From the human T2T-CHM13v2.0 reference genome, Homo sapiens, in the NCBI RefSeq assembly GCF_009914755.1, contig NC_060933.1: a stretch of DNA of 64,000 bases; one strand, given 5' to 3'. This document shows positions 1 through 12,682 of the stretch, one piece after another. The translations under genes were made by a program, and so were the position numbers. The first letter of the stretch is position 1, and the number at the start of each line of letters is the position of its first letter. The notes under the pieces were generated by a model. The model did not search any database, was not told the DNA's origin, and saw only the letters and a program-made list of their open reading frames with translations.

Positions 1-2139
1 TTCCATTCCATTCCATTACATTCGGATTGATTGTATTCAATTCCCTTAAACTCCATTACATTCCATTCCATTCGGGTTGTTTCCGTTCCATTACATTCCA
101 TTCCACTCCATTCCATTGCACTCAGGTTGATTCCATTCCATTCCATTTCGTTCCATTCCATTCTATTCCGTACTATTCCATTCCATTCCATTCCATTCCA
201 TGCCATTCCACTCGGGTTGATTCCATTCCTTTCCATTCCATTCGGGTTGAATCCATTCCATTCCATTCCATTGCATTCCGTTCCATTCCATTACCCTGCA
301 ATCGGGTGGATTCCATTCTATTCCATTCCATTCCATTCATTCCATTCCATTCCATTCCATTTCGTTCCATTCCATTCTATTCCGTACCTTTCCATTCCAT
401 TCCATTCCATTCCATTCCATACCATGCCATTCCACTCGGGTTGATTCCATTCCTTTCCATTCCATTCTAGTTGAACCCATTCCATTGCATTCCATTCCAT
501 TCGATTCCATTCAATTGCACACGGGTTCATTCCTTTCCATTCCATTCCATTCCATTCCGTTCCATTCCATTCCATTTCGTTCCATTCCATTCTATTCTGT
601 ACCTTTCCCTTCCATTCCATTCCATTCCACTCCGTTCCATGCCATTCCACTCGGGTTTATTCCATTCCTTTCCATTCCATTCGGGTTGAATCCATTCCAT
701 TCCATTCCATTCCATTCCATTCCATTCCATTCCATTCCATGCCATTCCACTCGGGTTGATTCCATTCCTTTCCATTCCATTCGAGTTGAACAAATTCCAT
801 TCCATTCCATTCCATTCCATTCCATTGCTCACGGGTTCATTCCATTCCATTCCATTCCATTCCATTTCGTTCCATTCCATTCTACTCCGTACCGTTCCAT
901 TCCATTCCATTCCCTTCCATGCCATTTCACTCGGGATTATTCCTTTCCTTTCCATTCCATTCGGGTTGAATCCATTCCATTCCATTCCTTTGCATTCCAT
1001 TCCATTCCATTCCCCTGTAATCGGGTGGATTCCATTCTATTCCATTCCATTCCATTCCATTCCATTCCATCCCATTCCATTCCATTTCGTTCCATTCCAT
1101 TCTATTCCGTACCTTTCCATTCCATTCCATTCCATTCCATTCCATGCCATTCCACTCGGGTTGATTCCATTGCTTTCCATTCCATTTGGGTTGAATCTAA
1201 TCCATTCCATTCCATTCCATTCCATTCCATTCCATTCCATTGCACTAGGTTTGATTCCATTTCACTGCATTCCATTCCATTCCATTCCATTAAATTCCAT
1301 TCCACTCGGGTTGATTCCATTCCTTTCCATTCCATTCGTGTTGAATCCATTCCATTCCATTCCTTTACTTTCGATTCCATTCCATTGCACTCGGGTTGAA
1401 CCCATTCCATTGGATTCCATTCCATTCCATTGCATTCCATTCCGTTCCATTCCATTCCATTACATTCGTATTGATTCTATTCAATTCCCTTACACTCCAT
1501 TCCATTCCATTCCATTCCATTCAGGTTGTTTCCATTCCATTCCATTCCATTCCACTCTATTCCATTGCAATCGGGTTGATTCCATTCCTTTCCATTCCAT
1601 TCCATTCCGTATGATTCCATTCCATTGCATTCCATTCCATTCCATTCCCCTGCACTCGGGTGGATTCCATTCTATTCCATTCCATTCCATTCCACTCTAT
1701 TCCATTCCATTCCATTCCATTCCATTCCATTCCATTCCATTCCATTCCATTCTATTCAGGTTAATTTCATTCCATTCCATTCCATTCCATTCCATTCCAT
1801 TCCATTCCATTGAAATCGAGTTGATTCCATTTCATTCCATTCCATTCCATTACATTCCATTCCATTCCATTACATTCTATTCCGGTTAATTCCATTCCAT
1901 TCCATTCCATTCCATTCCCTTCCATTCCATTCCATTCCATTCTATTAGGGTTAATTCCATTCCATTCCATTCCATTACATTCCATTGCAATCGAGTTGAT
2001 TCCATTCCATTCCATTCCATTCCATTCAATTCCGGATGATTGCATTCCATTGCCTTCCATTCCATTCCATTCACCTGCACTCGGGTTGATTCCATTCCAT
2101 TCCTTTCCATTCCATTCCATTCCATTCCATTCCATTCCA

Positions 2140-5100
2140 TTCCATTTCGTTTCATTCCGTTCTATTCCGTAACATTCCATTCCATTCCATTCCATTTCAT
2201 TCCATTCCATTCCATGCCATTCCACTCGGGTTGATTCCATTCCTTTCCATTCCATTCGACTTGAATCCATTCCATTCCATTCCATTCCATTCCATTCCAT
2301 TCCATTGCACACGGGTTCATTCCATTCCAATCCATTCCTTTCCATTCCATTCCATTGCACACGGGTTCATTCCATTCCATTCCATTCCATTACATTACAT
2401 TCCATTTCGTTCCATTCCATTCTATTCCGTACCATTCCATTCCATTCCATTCCATTCCATTCCATTCCACTCCATTCCATGCCATTCCACTCGGGTTTAT
2501 TCCATTCCTTTCCATTCCATTCGGGTTGAATCCATTCCATTCCATTCCATTCCTTTCCATTCAATTCCATTACATAGCACTCGGGTTGATTCCATTGCAT
2601 TCCATTCCATTCCATTGCATTCCATTCCATTCCATTCCATTCCATTGCATTCCATTCCATGCCATTCCACTCGGGTTGATTCCATTCCTTTCCATTCCAT
2701 TCGAGTTGAACCCATTCCATTCCATTCCATTCCATTCAATTCCATTCCATTGCAATCGAATTGATTCCATTCCATTCCATTCCATTCCATTCCATTCCAT
2801 TCCATTCCATTCCATTGCACTAGGTTTGATTCCATTCCACTGCATTCCATTCCATTCCATTCCATTCCATTCCGTTCCATTCCATTCCATTACATTCGGT
2901 TTGATTGTATTCAATTCCCTTACACTCCATTTCATTCCATTCCATTCAGGTTGTTTCCATTCCATTCCAATCCATTCCACTCCATTCCATTGCACTCGGG
3001 TTGATTGCATTCCATTCCATTCCATTCTACTCCATTTCGTTCCATTCCATTCTATTCGGTAGCATTCCTTTCCATTCCATTCCAATCCATTCCATTCCAT
3101 GCCATTCCACTTGGGTTGATTCCCTTCCTTTCCATTCCATTCGGGTTGAATCCATTCCATTCCATTCCATTCCATTCCATTCCATTCCATTCCATTCCAT
3201 TCCTTTCAATTCCATTGCACACGGGTTGGTTCCATTCCATTCCTTTCCGTTCCATTCCGGATGACTCCATTCCATTGCATTCCATTCCATTCCATTCCCC
3301 TGCACTCGGGTTCATTACCTTCCATTCCATTTACTTCCATTCCATTCCATTCCATTCTATTCGGGTTAATTCCATTCCATTCCATTGCATTCCATTGCAT
3401 TGCATTCCATTCCATTCCATTCCATGCCATTCCATTCCATTCCATTGCAATCGAGTTGATTCCATTCCATTCCATTCAATTCCGGATGATTCCATTCCAT
3501 TGCCTTCAATTCCATTCCATTCCCCTGCACTCGGTTTGATTCCATTCCATTCCATTCCATTCCATTCCATTCCATTCCATTCCATTTCGTTCCATTCCAT
3601 TCTATTCCGTACCATTCCATTCTATTCCATTCCATTCCATTCCACTCCACTCCATGCCATTCCACTCGGGTTTATTCCATTCCTTTCCATTCCATTCGGG
3701 TTGAATCCATTCCATTCCATTCCATTCCATTCGATTCCATTACATTGCACTCGGGTTGATTCCATTGCATTCCATTCCATTACATTCCATTGCATTCCAT
3801 TCCATTCCATTCCCCTTCACTCAGGTTGATTCCATTCGATTCCTTTCCATTCCATTCCATTCGGGTTGTTTCCATTCCATTCCATTCCATTCCACTCCAT
3901 TCCATTGCAATCGGGTTGATTCCATTCCATTCCATTGCATTCCATTCCATTCCATTCCATTCCGTATGATTCCATTCCATTGCATTCCATTCCATTCCAT
4001 TCCCCTGCACTCGGTTGGATTACATTCTATTCCATTCCATTCCATTCCATTCCATTCCATTCCATTCTATTCAGGTTAATTTCATTCCATTCCATTCCAT
4101 TCCCTTCCATTCCATTCCATTCCATTCCATTCCATTCCATTGAAATCGAGTTGATTCCATTCCATTCCATTCCATTCCATTCCATTCCATTCCATTCTAT
4201 TCGGGTTAATTCCATTCCATTCCATTCCATTCCATTCCATTCCCTTCTATTCCATTCCATTCGATTCCATTCCATTCTATTAGGGTTAATTCCATTCCAT
4301 TCCATTCCATTCCATTCCATTCCATTCCACTCCATTCCATGCCATTCCACTCGGGTTTATTCCATTCCTTTCCATTCCATTTGGGTTGAATCCATTCCAT
4401 TCCATTCCATTCCATTCCATTCCATTCCATTCCATTGCATGCCATTGCACTCGGGTTGATTCCATTCCTTTCCATTCCATTCGAATTGAACCCATTCCAT
4501 TCCATTCCATTCCATTCCATTCCATTCCATTCCATTGCTCACGGGTTCATTCCATTCCATTCCATTCCATTCCATTCCATTCCATTCCATTTCGTTCCAT
4601 TCCATTCTACTCCGTACCATTCCATTCCATTCCATTCCCTTCCATGCCATTTCACTCGGGTTTATTCCATTCCTTTCCATTCCATTCGGGTTGAATCCAT
4701 TCCATTCCATTCCATTCCATTCCATTCCATTCCATTCCATTCCATTGCGCTCGGGTTGATTCCATTCCATTCTATGCCATTCCATTTCATTCCATTCCAT
4801 TCCATTCCATTCCATTCCATTCCATTCCATTCCATTGCACACGGGTTCATTCCATTACATTCCATTACATTCCATTCCATTCCATTCCATTCCATTTCGT
4901 TCCATTCCATTCTATTCCTTACCATTCCATTCCATTCCATTCCCTTCCATGCCATTTCACTCGGGTTTATTCCATTCCTTTCCATTCCATTCGGGTTGAA
5001 TCCATTCCATTCCATTCCATTCCATTCCATTGAACTCAGGTTGATTCCATTCCATTCCATGCCATTCCATTTCATTCCATTCCATTCCATTCCATTCCAT

Positions 5101-8100
5101 TCCATTCCATTCTATTCCGTTCCCTTGCATTCCATTACATTCGGATTGATTCTTTTTAATTCCCTTACACTCCATTACATTCCTTTGCATTCGGGTACTT
5201 TCCATTCCATTCCATTCCATTCCACTGCATTCTATTGCACTCGGGTTGATTGATTCCATTCCATTGCATTCCATTCCATTCCATTCCCCTGCACTCGGGT
5301 TGATCCCATTCCATTGCATTCCATTCCATTCCATTCCATTCCATTCCGTTCCATTCCATTCCATTCCATTCTCTTCAGCTTAATTCCATTCCATTCCATT
5401 CCCTTCCATTCCGTTCCATTCCATTCCATTCCATTCTGTTCAGGTTAATTCCATTCCATTCCATTCCCTTCCATTCCATTCCATTCCATTCCATCCCATT
5501 GCAATCTAGTTGATTCCACTGCATTCCATTCCATTCCATTCCATTCCATTGCATTCCATTCCATTCCATTCCCCTGCACTCAGATTGATTCCATTCCATC
5601 CCATTCCATTCCATTCCGTTCCATTACATTCCATTCCATTCTATTCGCGTTAATTCCATTCCATTCCATTCCATTACATTCCATTGCAATCGAGTTGATT
5701 CCATTCCATTCCGTTCCATTCCATTCCATTCCATTCCATTCCATTCCATTTCATTCCATTCCATTCTATTCTGTACCATTCCATTCCATTCCATTCCATT
5801 CCATTCAATTCCATGCCATTCCACTCGGGTTGATTCCATTGCTTTCCATTCCATTTGGGTTGAATCCAATCCATTCCATTCCATTCCATTCCATTCCATT
5901 CCATTTCATTCCATTCCATTCCATTCCATTCCATTGCACTAGGTTTGATTCCATTCCACTGCATTCCATTCCATTCCATTCCGTTCCATTCCATTCCATT
6001 ACATTCGGATTGATTGTATTCAATTCCCTTACACTCCATTACATTCCATTACATTCGGGTTGTTTCCATTCCATTACATTCCATTCCACTCCATTCCATT
6101 GCACTCAGTTTGATTCCATTCCATTCCATTCCATTCCATTCCATTACTTTCCATTCCATTCTATTCCGTACCATTCCATTCCATTCCATTCCATTCCATT
6201 CCATTCCATGCGATTCCACTCAGGTTTATTCCATTCCTTTCCATTCCATTCGGGTTGAATCCATTCCATTCCATTCCATTCCATTCCTTTGCACTCGGGT
6301 TGATTCCATTCCATTCCCTGCCATTCCATTTCATTCCATTCCATTCCATTCCATTCCATTCCATTCCATTCCATTCCACTGCATTCTATTGCACTCGGGT
6401 TGATTGATTCCATTCCATTGCATTCCATTCCATTCCATTCCATTCCATTCCATTCTGTTCAGGTTAATTCCTTTCCTTTCCATTCCATTCCATTCCATTC
6501 CATTCCATTCCATTCCATTTCGTTTCATTCCGTTCTATTCCTTACCATTCCATTCCATTCCATTCCATTTCATTCCATTCCATTCCATGCCATTCCACTC
6601 GGGTTGATTCCATTCCTTTCCATTCCATTCGACTTGAATCCATTCCATTCCATTCCATTCCATTCCATTCCATTCCATTGCACACGGGTTCATTCCATTC
6701 CAATCCATTCCTTTCCATTCCATTCCATTGCACACGGGTTCATTCCATTCCATTCCATTCCATTACATTACATTCCATTTCGTTCCATTCCATTCTATTC
6801 CGTACCATTCCATTCCATTCCATTCCATTCCATTCCATTCCACTCCATTCCATGCCATTCCACTCGGGTTTATTCCATTCCTTTCCATTCCATTCGGGTT
6901 GAATCCATTCCATTCCATTCCATTCCATTCCATTCCATTCCATTCAATTCCATTACATAGCACTCGGGTTCATTCCATTGCATTCCATTCCATTCCATTG
7001 CATTCCATTCCATTCCATTCCATTCCATTGCATTCCATTCCATGCCATTCCACTCGGGTTGATTCCATTCCTTTCCATTCCATTCGAGTTGAACCCATTC
7101 CATTCCATTCCATTCCATTCAATTCCATTCCATTGCAATCGAATTGATTCCATTCCATTCCATTCCATTCCATTCCATTCCATTCCATTCCATTGCACTA
7201 GGTTTGATTCCATTCCACTGCATTCCATTCCATTCCATTCCATTCCATTCCGTTCCATTCCATTCCATTACATTCGGTTTGATTGTATTCAATTCCCTTA
7301 CAATCCATTTCATTCCATTCCATTCAGGTTGTTTCCATTCCATTCCAATCCATTCCACTCCATTCCATTGCACTCGGGTTGAATCCATTCCATTCCATTC
7401 CATTCCATTCCATTCCATTCCATTCCTTTCAATTCCATTGCACACGGGTTGGTTCCATTCCATTCCTTTCCGTTCCATTCCGGATGACTCCATTCCATTG
7501 CATTCCATTCCATTCCATTCCCCTGCACTCGGGTTCATTACCTTCCATTCCATTTACTTCCATTCCATTCCATTCCATTCTATTCGGGTTAATTCCATTC
7601 CATTCCATTGCATTCCATTGCATTGCATTCCATTCCATTCCATTCCATGCCATTCCATTCCATTCCATTGCAATCGAGTTGATTCTATTCCATTCCATTC
7701 AATTCCGGATGATTCCATTCCATTGCCTTCAATTCCATTCCATTCCCCTGCACTCGGTTTGATTCCATTCCATTCCATTCCATTCCATTCCATTCCATTC
7801 CATTCCATTTCGTTCCATTCCATTCTATTCCGTACCATTCCATTCTATTCCATTCCATTCCATTCCACTCCACTCCATGCCATTCCACTCGGGTTTATTC
7901 CATTCCTTTCCATTCCATTCGGGTTGAATCCATTCCATTCCATTCCATTCCATTCGATTCCATTACATTGCACTCGGGTTGATTCCATTGCATTCCATTC
8001 CATTACATTCCATTGCATTCCATTCCATTCCATTCCATTGCATTCCATTCCATTCCATTCCCCTGCACTCAGGTTGATTCCATTCGATTCCTTTCCATTC

Positions 8101-9040
8101 CATTCCATTCGGGTTGTTTCCATTCCATTACATTCCATTCCACTCCATTCCATTGCAATCGGGTTGATTCCATTCCATTCCATTGCATTCCATTCCATTC
8201 CATTCCATTCCGTATGATTCCATTCCATTGCATTCCATTCCATTCCATTCCCCTGCACTCGGTTGGATTACATTCTATTCCATTCCATTCCATTCCATTC
8301 CATTCCATTCCATTCCATTCTATTCAGGTTAATTTCATTCCATTCCATTCCATTCCCTTCCATTCCATTCCATTCCATTCCATTCCATTGAAATCGAGTT
8401 GATTCCATTCCATTCCATTCCATTCCATTCCATTCCATTCTATTCGGGTTAATTCCATTCCATTCCATTCCATTCCATTCCCTTCTATTCCATTCCATTC
8501 GATTCCATTCCATTCTATTAGGGTTAATTCCATTCCATTCCATTCCATTCCATTCCATTCCATTCCACTCCATTCCATGCCATTCCACTCGGGTTTATTC
8601 CATTCCTTTCCATTCCATTTGGGTTGAATCCATTCCATTCCATTCCATTCCATTCCATTCCATTCCATTCCATTCCATGCCATTGCACTCGGGTTGATTC
8701 CATTCCTTTCCATTCCATTCGAATTGAACCCATTCCATTCCATTCCATTCCATTCCATTCCATTGCTCACGGGTTCATTCCATTCCATTCCATTCCATTC
8801 CATTCCATTCCATTCCATTTCGTTCCATTCCATTCTACTCCGTACCATTCCATTCCATTCCATTCCCTTCCATGCCATTTCACTCGGGTTTATTCCATTC
8901 CTTTCCATTCCATTCGGGTTGAATCCATTCCATTCCATTCCATTCCATTCCATTCCATTGCGCTCGGGTTGATTCCATTCCATTCTATGGCATTCCATTT
9001 CATTCCATTCCATTCCATTCCATTCCATTCCATTCCATTC
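2140..9040 (+). repeat. Direct duplication of a ~2.6 kb block: ~2140-4830 and ~6513-9040 (offset ~4.2-4.4 kb)
   Basis: Shared private variants (ttcgacttgaa, tacatagcac, gcaatcgaattg, gggttggttcc, ttcattacct, ttggattaca, attgcgctcgg). Identical or near-identical ORF translations at offsets 4373 (2305/6678), 4223 (3331/7554) and 4238 (4286/8524). Confidence 0.9.
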
Positions 9041-11710
9041 CTTTCCTTTCAATTCCATTCCATTACATTCGGATTGAGTCTTTTTAATTCCCTTACACTC
9101 CATTCCATTCCATTCCATTCGGGTACTTTCCATTCCATTCCATTCCATTCCACTGCATTCTATTGCACTCGCGTTGATTGATTCCATTCCATTGCATTCC
9201 ATTCCATTCCATTCCATTCCATTCCATACCATTCCATTCCATTCTGTTCAGGTTAATTCCATTCCATTCCATTCCCTTCCATTCCATTCCATTCCATTCC
9301 ATCCCATTGCAATCGAGGTGATTCCATTGCATTCCATTCCTTTCCATTCCATTGCACTCCATTCCATTCCATTCCCCTGCACTCAGATTGATTCCATTCC
9401 ATTCCTTTCCATTCCATTCCTTTCCATTCCTTTCCATTCCATTCTATTTGCGTTAATTCCGTTCCATTCCATTCCATTACATTCCTTTGCAATCGAGTTG
9501 ATTCCATTCCATTCCATTCCATTCCATTGCATTCCATTCCATTCCATGCCATTCCACTCGGGTTGATTCCATTCCTTTCCATTCCATTCGAGTTGAATCC
9601 ATTCCATTCCATTCCATTCCATTCGATTCCATTCCATTGCTCACGTGTTCATTCCATTCCATTCCATTCCATTCCATTCCATTTCGTTCCATTCCATTCT
9701 CTTCCGTAGTATTCCATTCCATTCCATTCCAATCCATTCCATGCCATTCCACTCGGGTTTATTCCATTCCTTTCCATTCCATTCGGGTTGAATTCATTCC
9801 ATTCCATTCCATTCCATTCCATTCAATTCCATTACATTGCACTCGGGTTGATTCCATTCCATTCCATTCCATTTCAATCCATTCCCTTCCATTCCATTTC
9901 ATTCCATTCCATTCCATTCCATTCCATTCCATTCCATTCCTTTCCATTCCATTCCATGCCATTCCACTCGGGTTGATTCCATTCCTTTCCATTCCATTCT
10001 AGTTGAACCCATTCCATTCCATTCCATTCCATTCCATTCCATTCCATTCCATTCCATTGCACACGGGTTCATTCCATTCCATTCCATTCCATTCCATTCC
10101 ATTCCATTCCATTCCATTTCGTTCCATTCCATTCTATTCCTTACCATTCCATTCCATTCCATTCCCTTCCATGCCATTTCACTCGGGTTTATTCCATTCC
10201 TTTCCATTCCATTCGGGTTGAATCCATTCCATTCCATTCCATTCCATTCCATTGAACTCAGGTTGATTCCATTCCATTCCATGCCATTCCATTTCATTCC
10301 ATTCCATTCCATTCCATTCCATTCCATTCCATTCCGTTCCCTTCCATTCCATTACATTCGGATTGATTCTTTTTAATTCCCTTACACTCCATTACATTCC
10401 TTTCCATTCGGGTACTTTCCATTCCATTCCATTCCATTCCACTGCATTCTATTGCACTCGGGTTGATTGATTCCATTCCATTGCATTCCATTCCATTCCA
10501 TTCCCCTGCACTCGGGTTGATCCCATTCCATTGCATTCCATTCCATTCCATTCCATTCCATTCCATTCCGTTCCATTCCATTCCATTCCATTCTCTTCAG
10601 CTTAATTCCATTCCATTCCATTCCCTTCCATTCCGTTCCATTCCATTCCATTCCATTCTGTTCAGGTTAATTCCATTCCATTCCATTCCCTTCCATTCCA
10701 TTCCATTCCATTCCATCCCATTGCAATCTAGTTGATTCCATTGCATTCCATTCCATTCCATTCCATTCCATTGCATTCCATTCCATTCCATTCCCCTGCA
10801 CTCAGATTGATTCCATTCCATCCCATTCCATTCCATTCCGTTCCATTACATTCCATTCCATTCTATTCGCGTTAATTCCATTCCATTCCATTCCATTACA
10901 TTCCATTGCAATCGAGTTGATTCCATTCCATTCCGTTCCATTCCATTCCATTCCATTCCATTCCATTCCATTTCATTCCATTCCATTCTATTCTGTACCA
11001 TTCCATTCCATTCCATTCCATTCCATTCAATTCCATGCCATTCCACTCGGGTTGATTCCATTGCTTTCCATTCCATTTGGGTTGAATCCAATCCATTCCA
11101 TTCCATTCCATTCCATTCCATTCCATTTCATTCCATTCCATTCCATTCCATTCCATTGCACTAGGTTTGATTCCATTCCACTGCATTCCATTCCATTCCA
11201 TTCCGTTCCATTCCATTCCATTACATTCGGATTGATTGTATTCAATTCCCTTACACTCCATTACATTCCATTACATTCGGGTTGTTTCCATTCCATTACA
11301 TTCCATTCCACTCCATTCCATTGCACTCAGGTTGATTCCATTCCATTCCATTCCATTCCATTCCATTACTTTCCATTCCATTCTATTCCGTACCATTCCA
11401 TTCCATTCCATTCCATTCCATTCCATGCGATTCCACTCAGGTTTATTCCATTCCTTTCCATTCCATTCGGGTTGAATCCATTCCATTCCATTCCATTCCA
11501 TTCCATTCCTTTGCACTCGGGTTGATTCCATTCCATTCCCTGCCATTCCATTTCATTCCATTCCATTCCATTCCATTCCATTCCATTCCATTCCATTCCA
11601 CTGCATTCTATTGCACTCGGGTTGATTGATTCCATTCCATTGCATTCCATTCCATTCCATTCCATTCCATTCCATACCATTCCATTCCATTCTGTTCAGG
11701 TTAATTCCAT
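4831..11710 (+). repeat. Direct duplication of a ~1.6 kb block: ~4831-6470 and ~10053-11710 (offset ~5222)
   Basis: Identical ORF translations at 5375/10597, 5624/10846 and 5674/10896. Shared variants ctcttcagcttaa, gcaatctagttg, ctattcgcgttaa, ccatgcgattcc. Confidence 0.9.
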
Positions 11711-12489
11711 TCCATTCCATTCCCTTCCATTCCATTCCATTCCATTCCATCCCATTGCAATCGAGGTGATTCCATTGCATTCCATTCCATTCCATTCCAT
11801 TGCATTCCATTCCATTGCATTCCCCTGCACTCAGATTGATTCCATTCCATTTCTTTCCATTCCATTCCATTCCATTCCTTTCCATTCCATTCTATTTGCG
11901 TTAATTCCGTTCCATTCCATTCCATTACATTCCTTTGCAATCGAGTTGATTCCATTCCATTCCGTTCCATTCCATTCCATTCCATTCCATGCCATTCCAC
12001 TCGGGTTGATTCCATTCCTTTCCATTCCATTCGAGTTGAATCCATTCCATTCCATTCTATTCCATTCGATTCCATTCAATTGCTCACTTGTTCATTCCAT
12101 TCCATTCCATTCCATTCCATTCCATTCCATTTCGTTCCATTCCATTCTCTTCCGTAGTATTCCATTCCATTCCATTCCACTCCATTCCATGCCATTCCAC
12201 TCGGGTTTATTCCATTCCTTTCCATTCCATTCGGGTTGAATTCATTCCATTGCATTCCATTCCATTCCATTCAATTCCATTACATTGCACTCGGGTTGAT
12301 TCCATTCCATTCCATTCCATTTCAATCCATTCCCTTCCATTCCATTTCATTCCATTGCTTTCCATTCCATTCCATTCCATTCCATTCCATGCCATTCCAC
12401 TCGGGTTGATTCCATTCCTTTCCATTCCATTCTAGTTGAACCCATTCCATTCCATTCCATTCCATTCCATTCCATTCCATTGCACACGG
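9150..12489 (+). repeat. Direct duplication of a ~0.9 kb block: ~9150-10066 and ~11598-12489 (offset ~2.43-2.45 kb); second copy ends at the inversion
   Basis: Shared variants ccataccatt, atcgaggtgatt, tctatttgcgttaa, ctcttccgtagta, gggttgaattc, tttcaatcc and tctagttgaaccc (9998 vs 12431). Confidence 0.88.
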
Positions 12490-12500
12490 AATGGAATGGA
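12481..12500. other. Strand-switch (inversion) junction inside HSat3
   Basis: ...tccattccat tgcacac-gg-aatggaatgg...: C-rich pentamers end and G-rich pentamers start with no inserted sequence. The paralogous upstream copy (10058-10070) reads tgcacacgg-gttcattcc, which fixes the break at about 12488-12489. Confidence 0.95.
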
Positions 12501-12682
12501 ATGGAAACAACCCGAATGGAATGGAATGTAATGGAGTGTAAGGGAATTGAATACAATCAATCCGAATGTAAAGGAATGGAATGGAACGGAATGGAATGGA
12601 ATGGAATGCAGCAGAATGGAATCAAACCTAGTGCAATGGAATGGAATGGAATGGAATGGAATGGAATGGAATGGAATGGATT

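Larger units (their letters stand above)
1..12489 (+). repeat. Human Satellite III (HSat3) array, C-rich (CATTC)n strand on +
   Basis: Continuous (ttcca)n with interspersed in-register decamers actcgggttg / attcgggttg / atcgagttg, the classical Satellite 3 signature. Long pure CATTC runs; the CATTCGATTC-dominated pattern of HSat2 is absent. Confidence 0.97.

Noticed and set aside
1-12489. HSat2 assignment
   Set aside because: CATTCGATTC/ATGATG-type units are rare; long perfect CATTC runs and the TCGGGTTG decamer indicate HSat3.
12540-12550. taaggg / ttaggg hexamers as telomeric repeats
   Set aside because: Isolated single hexamers inside satellite words, never in tandem.
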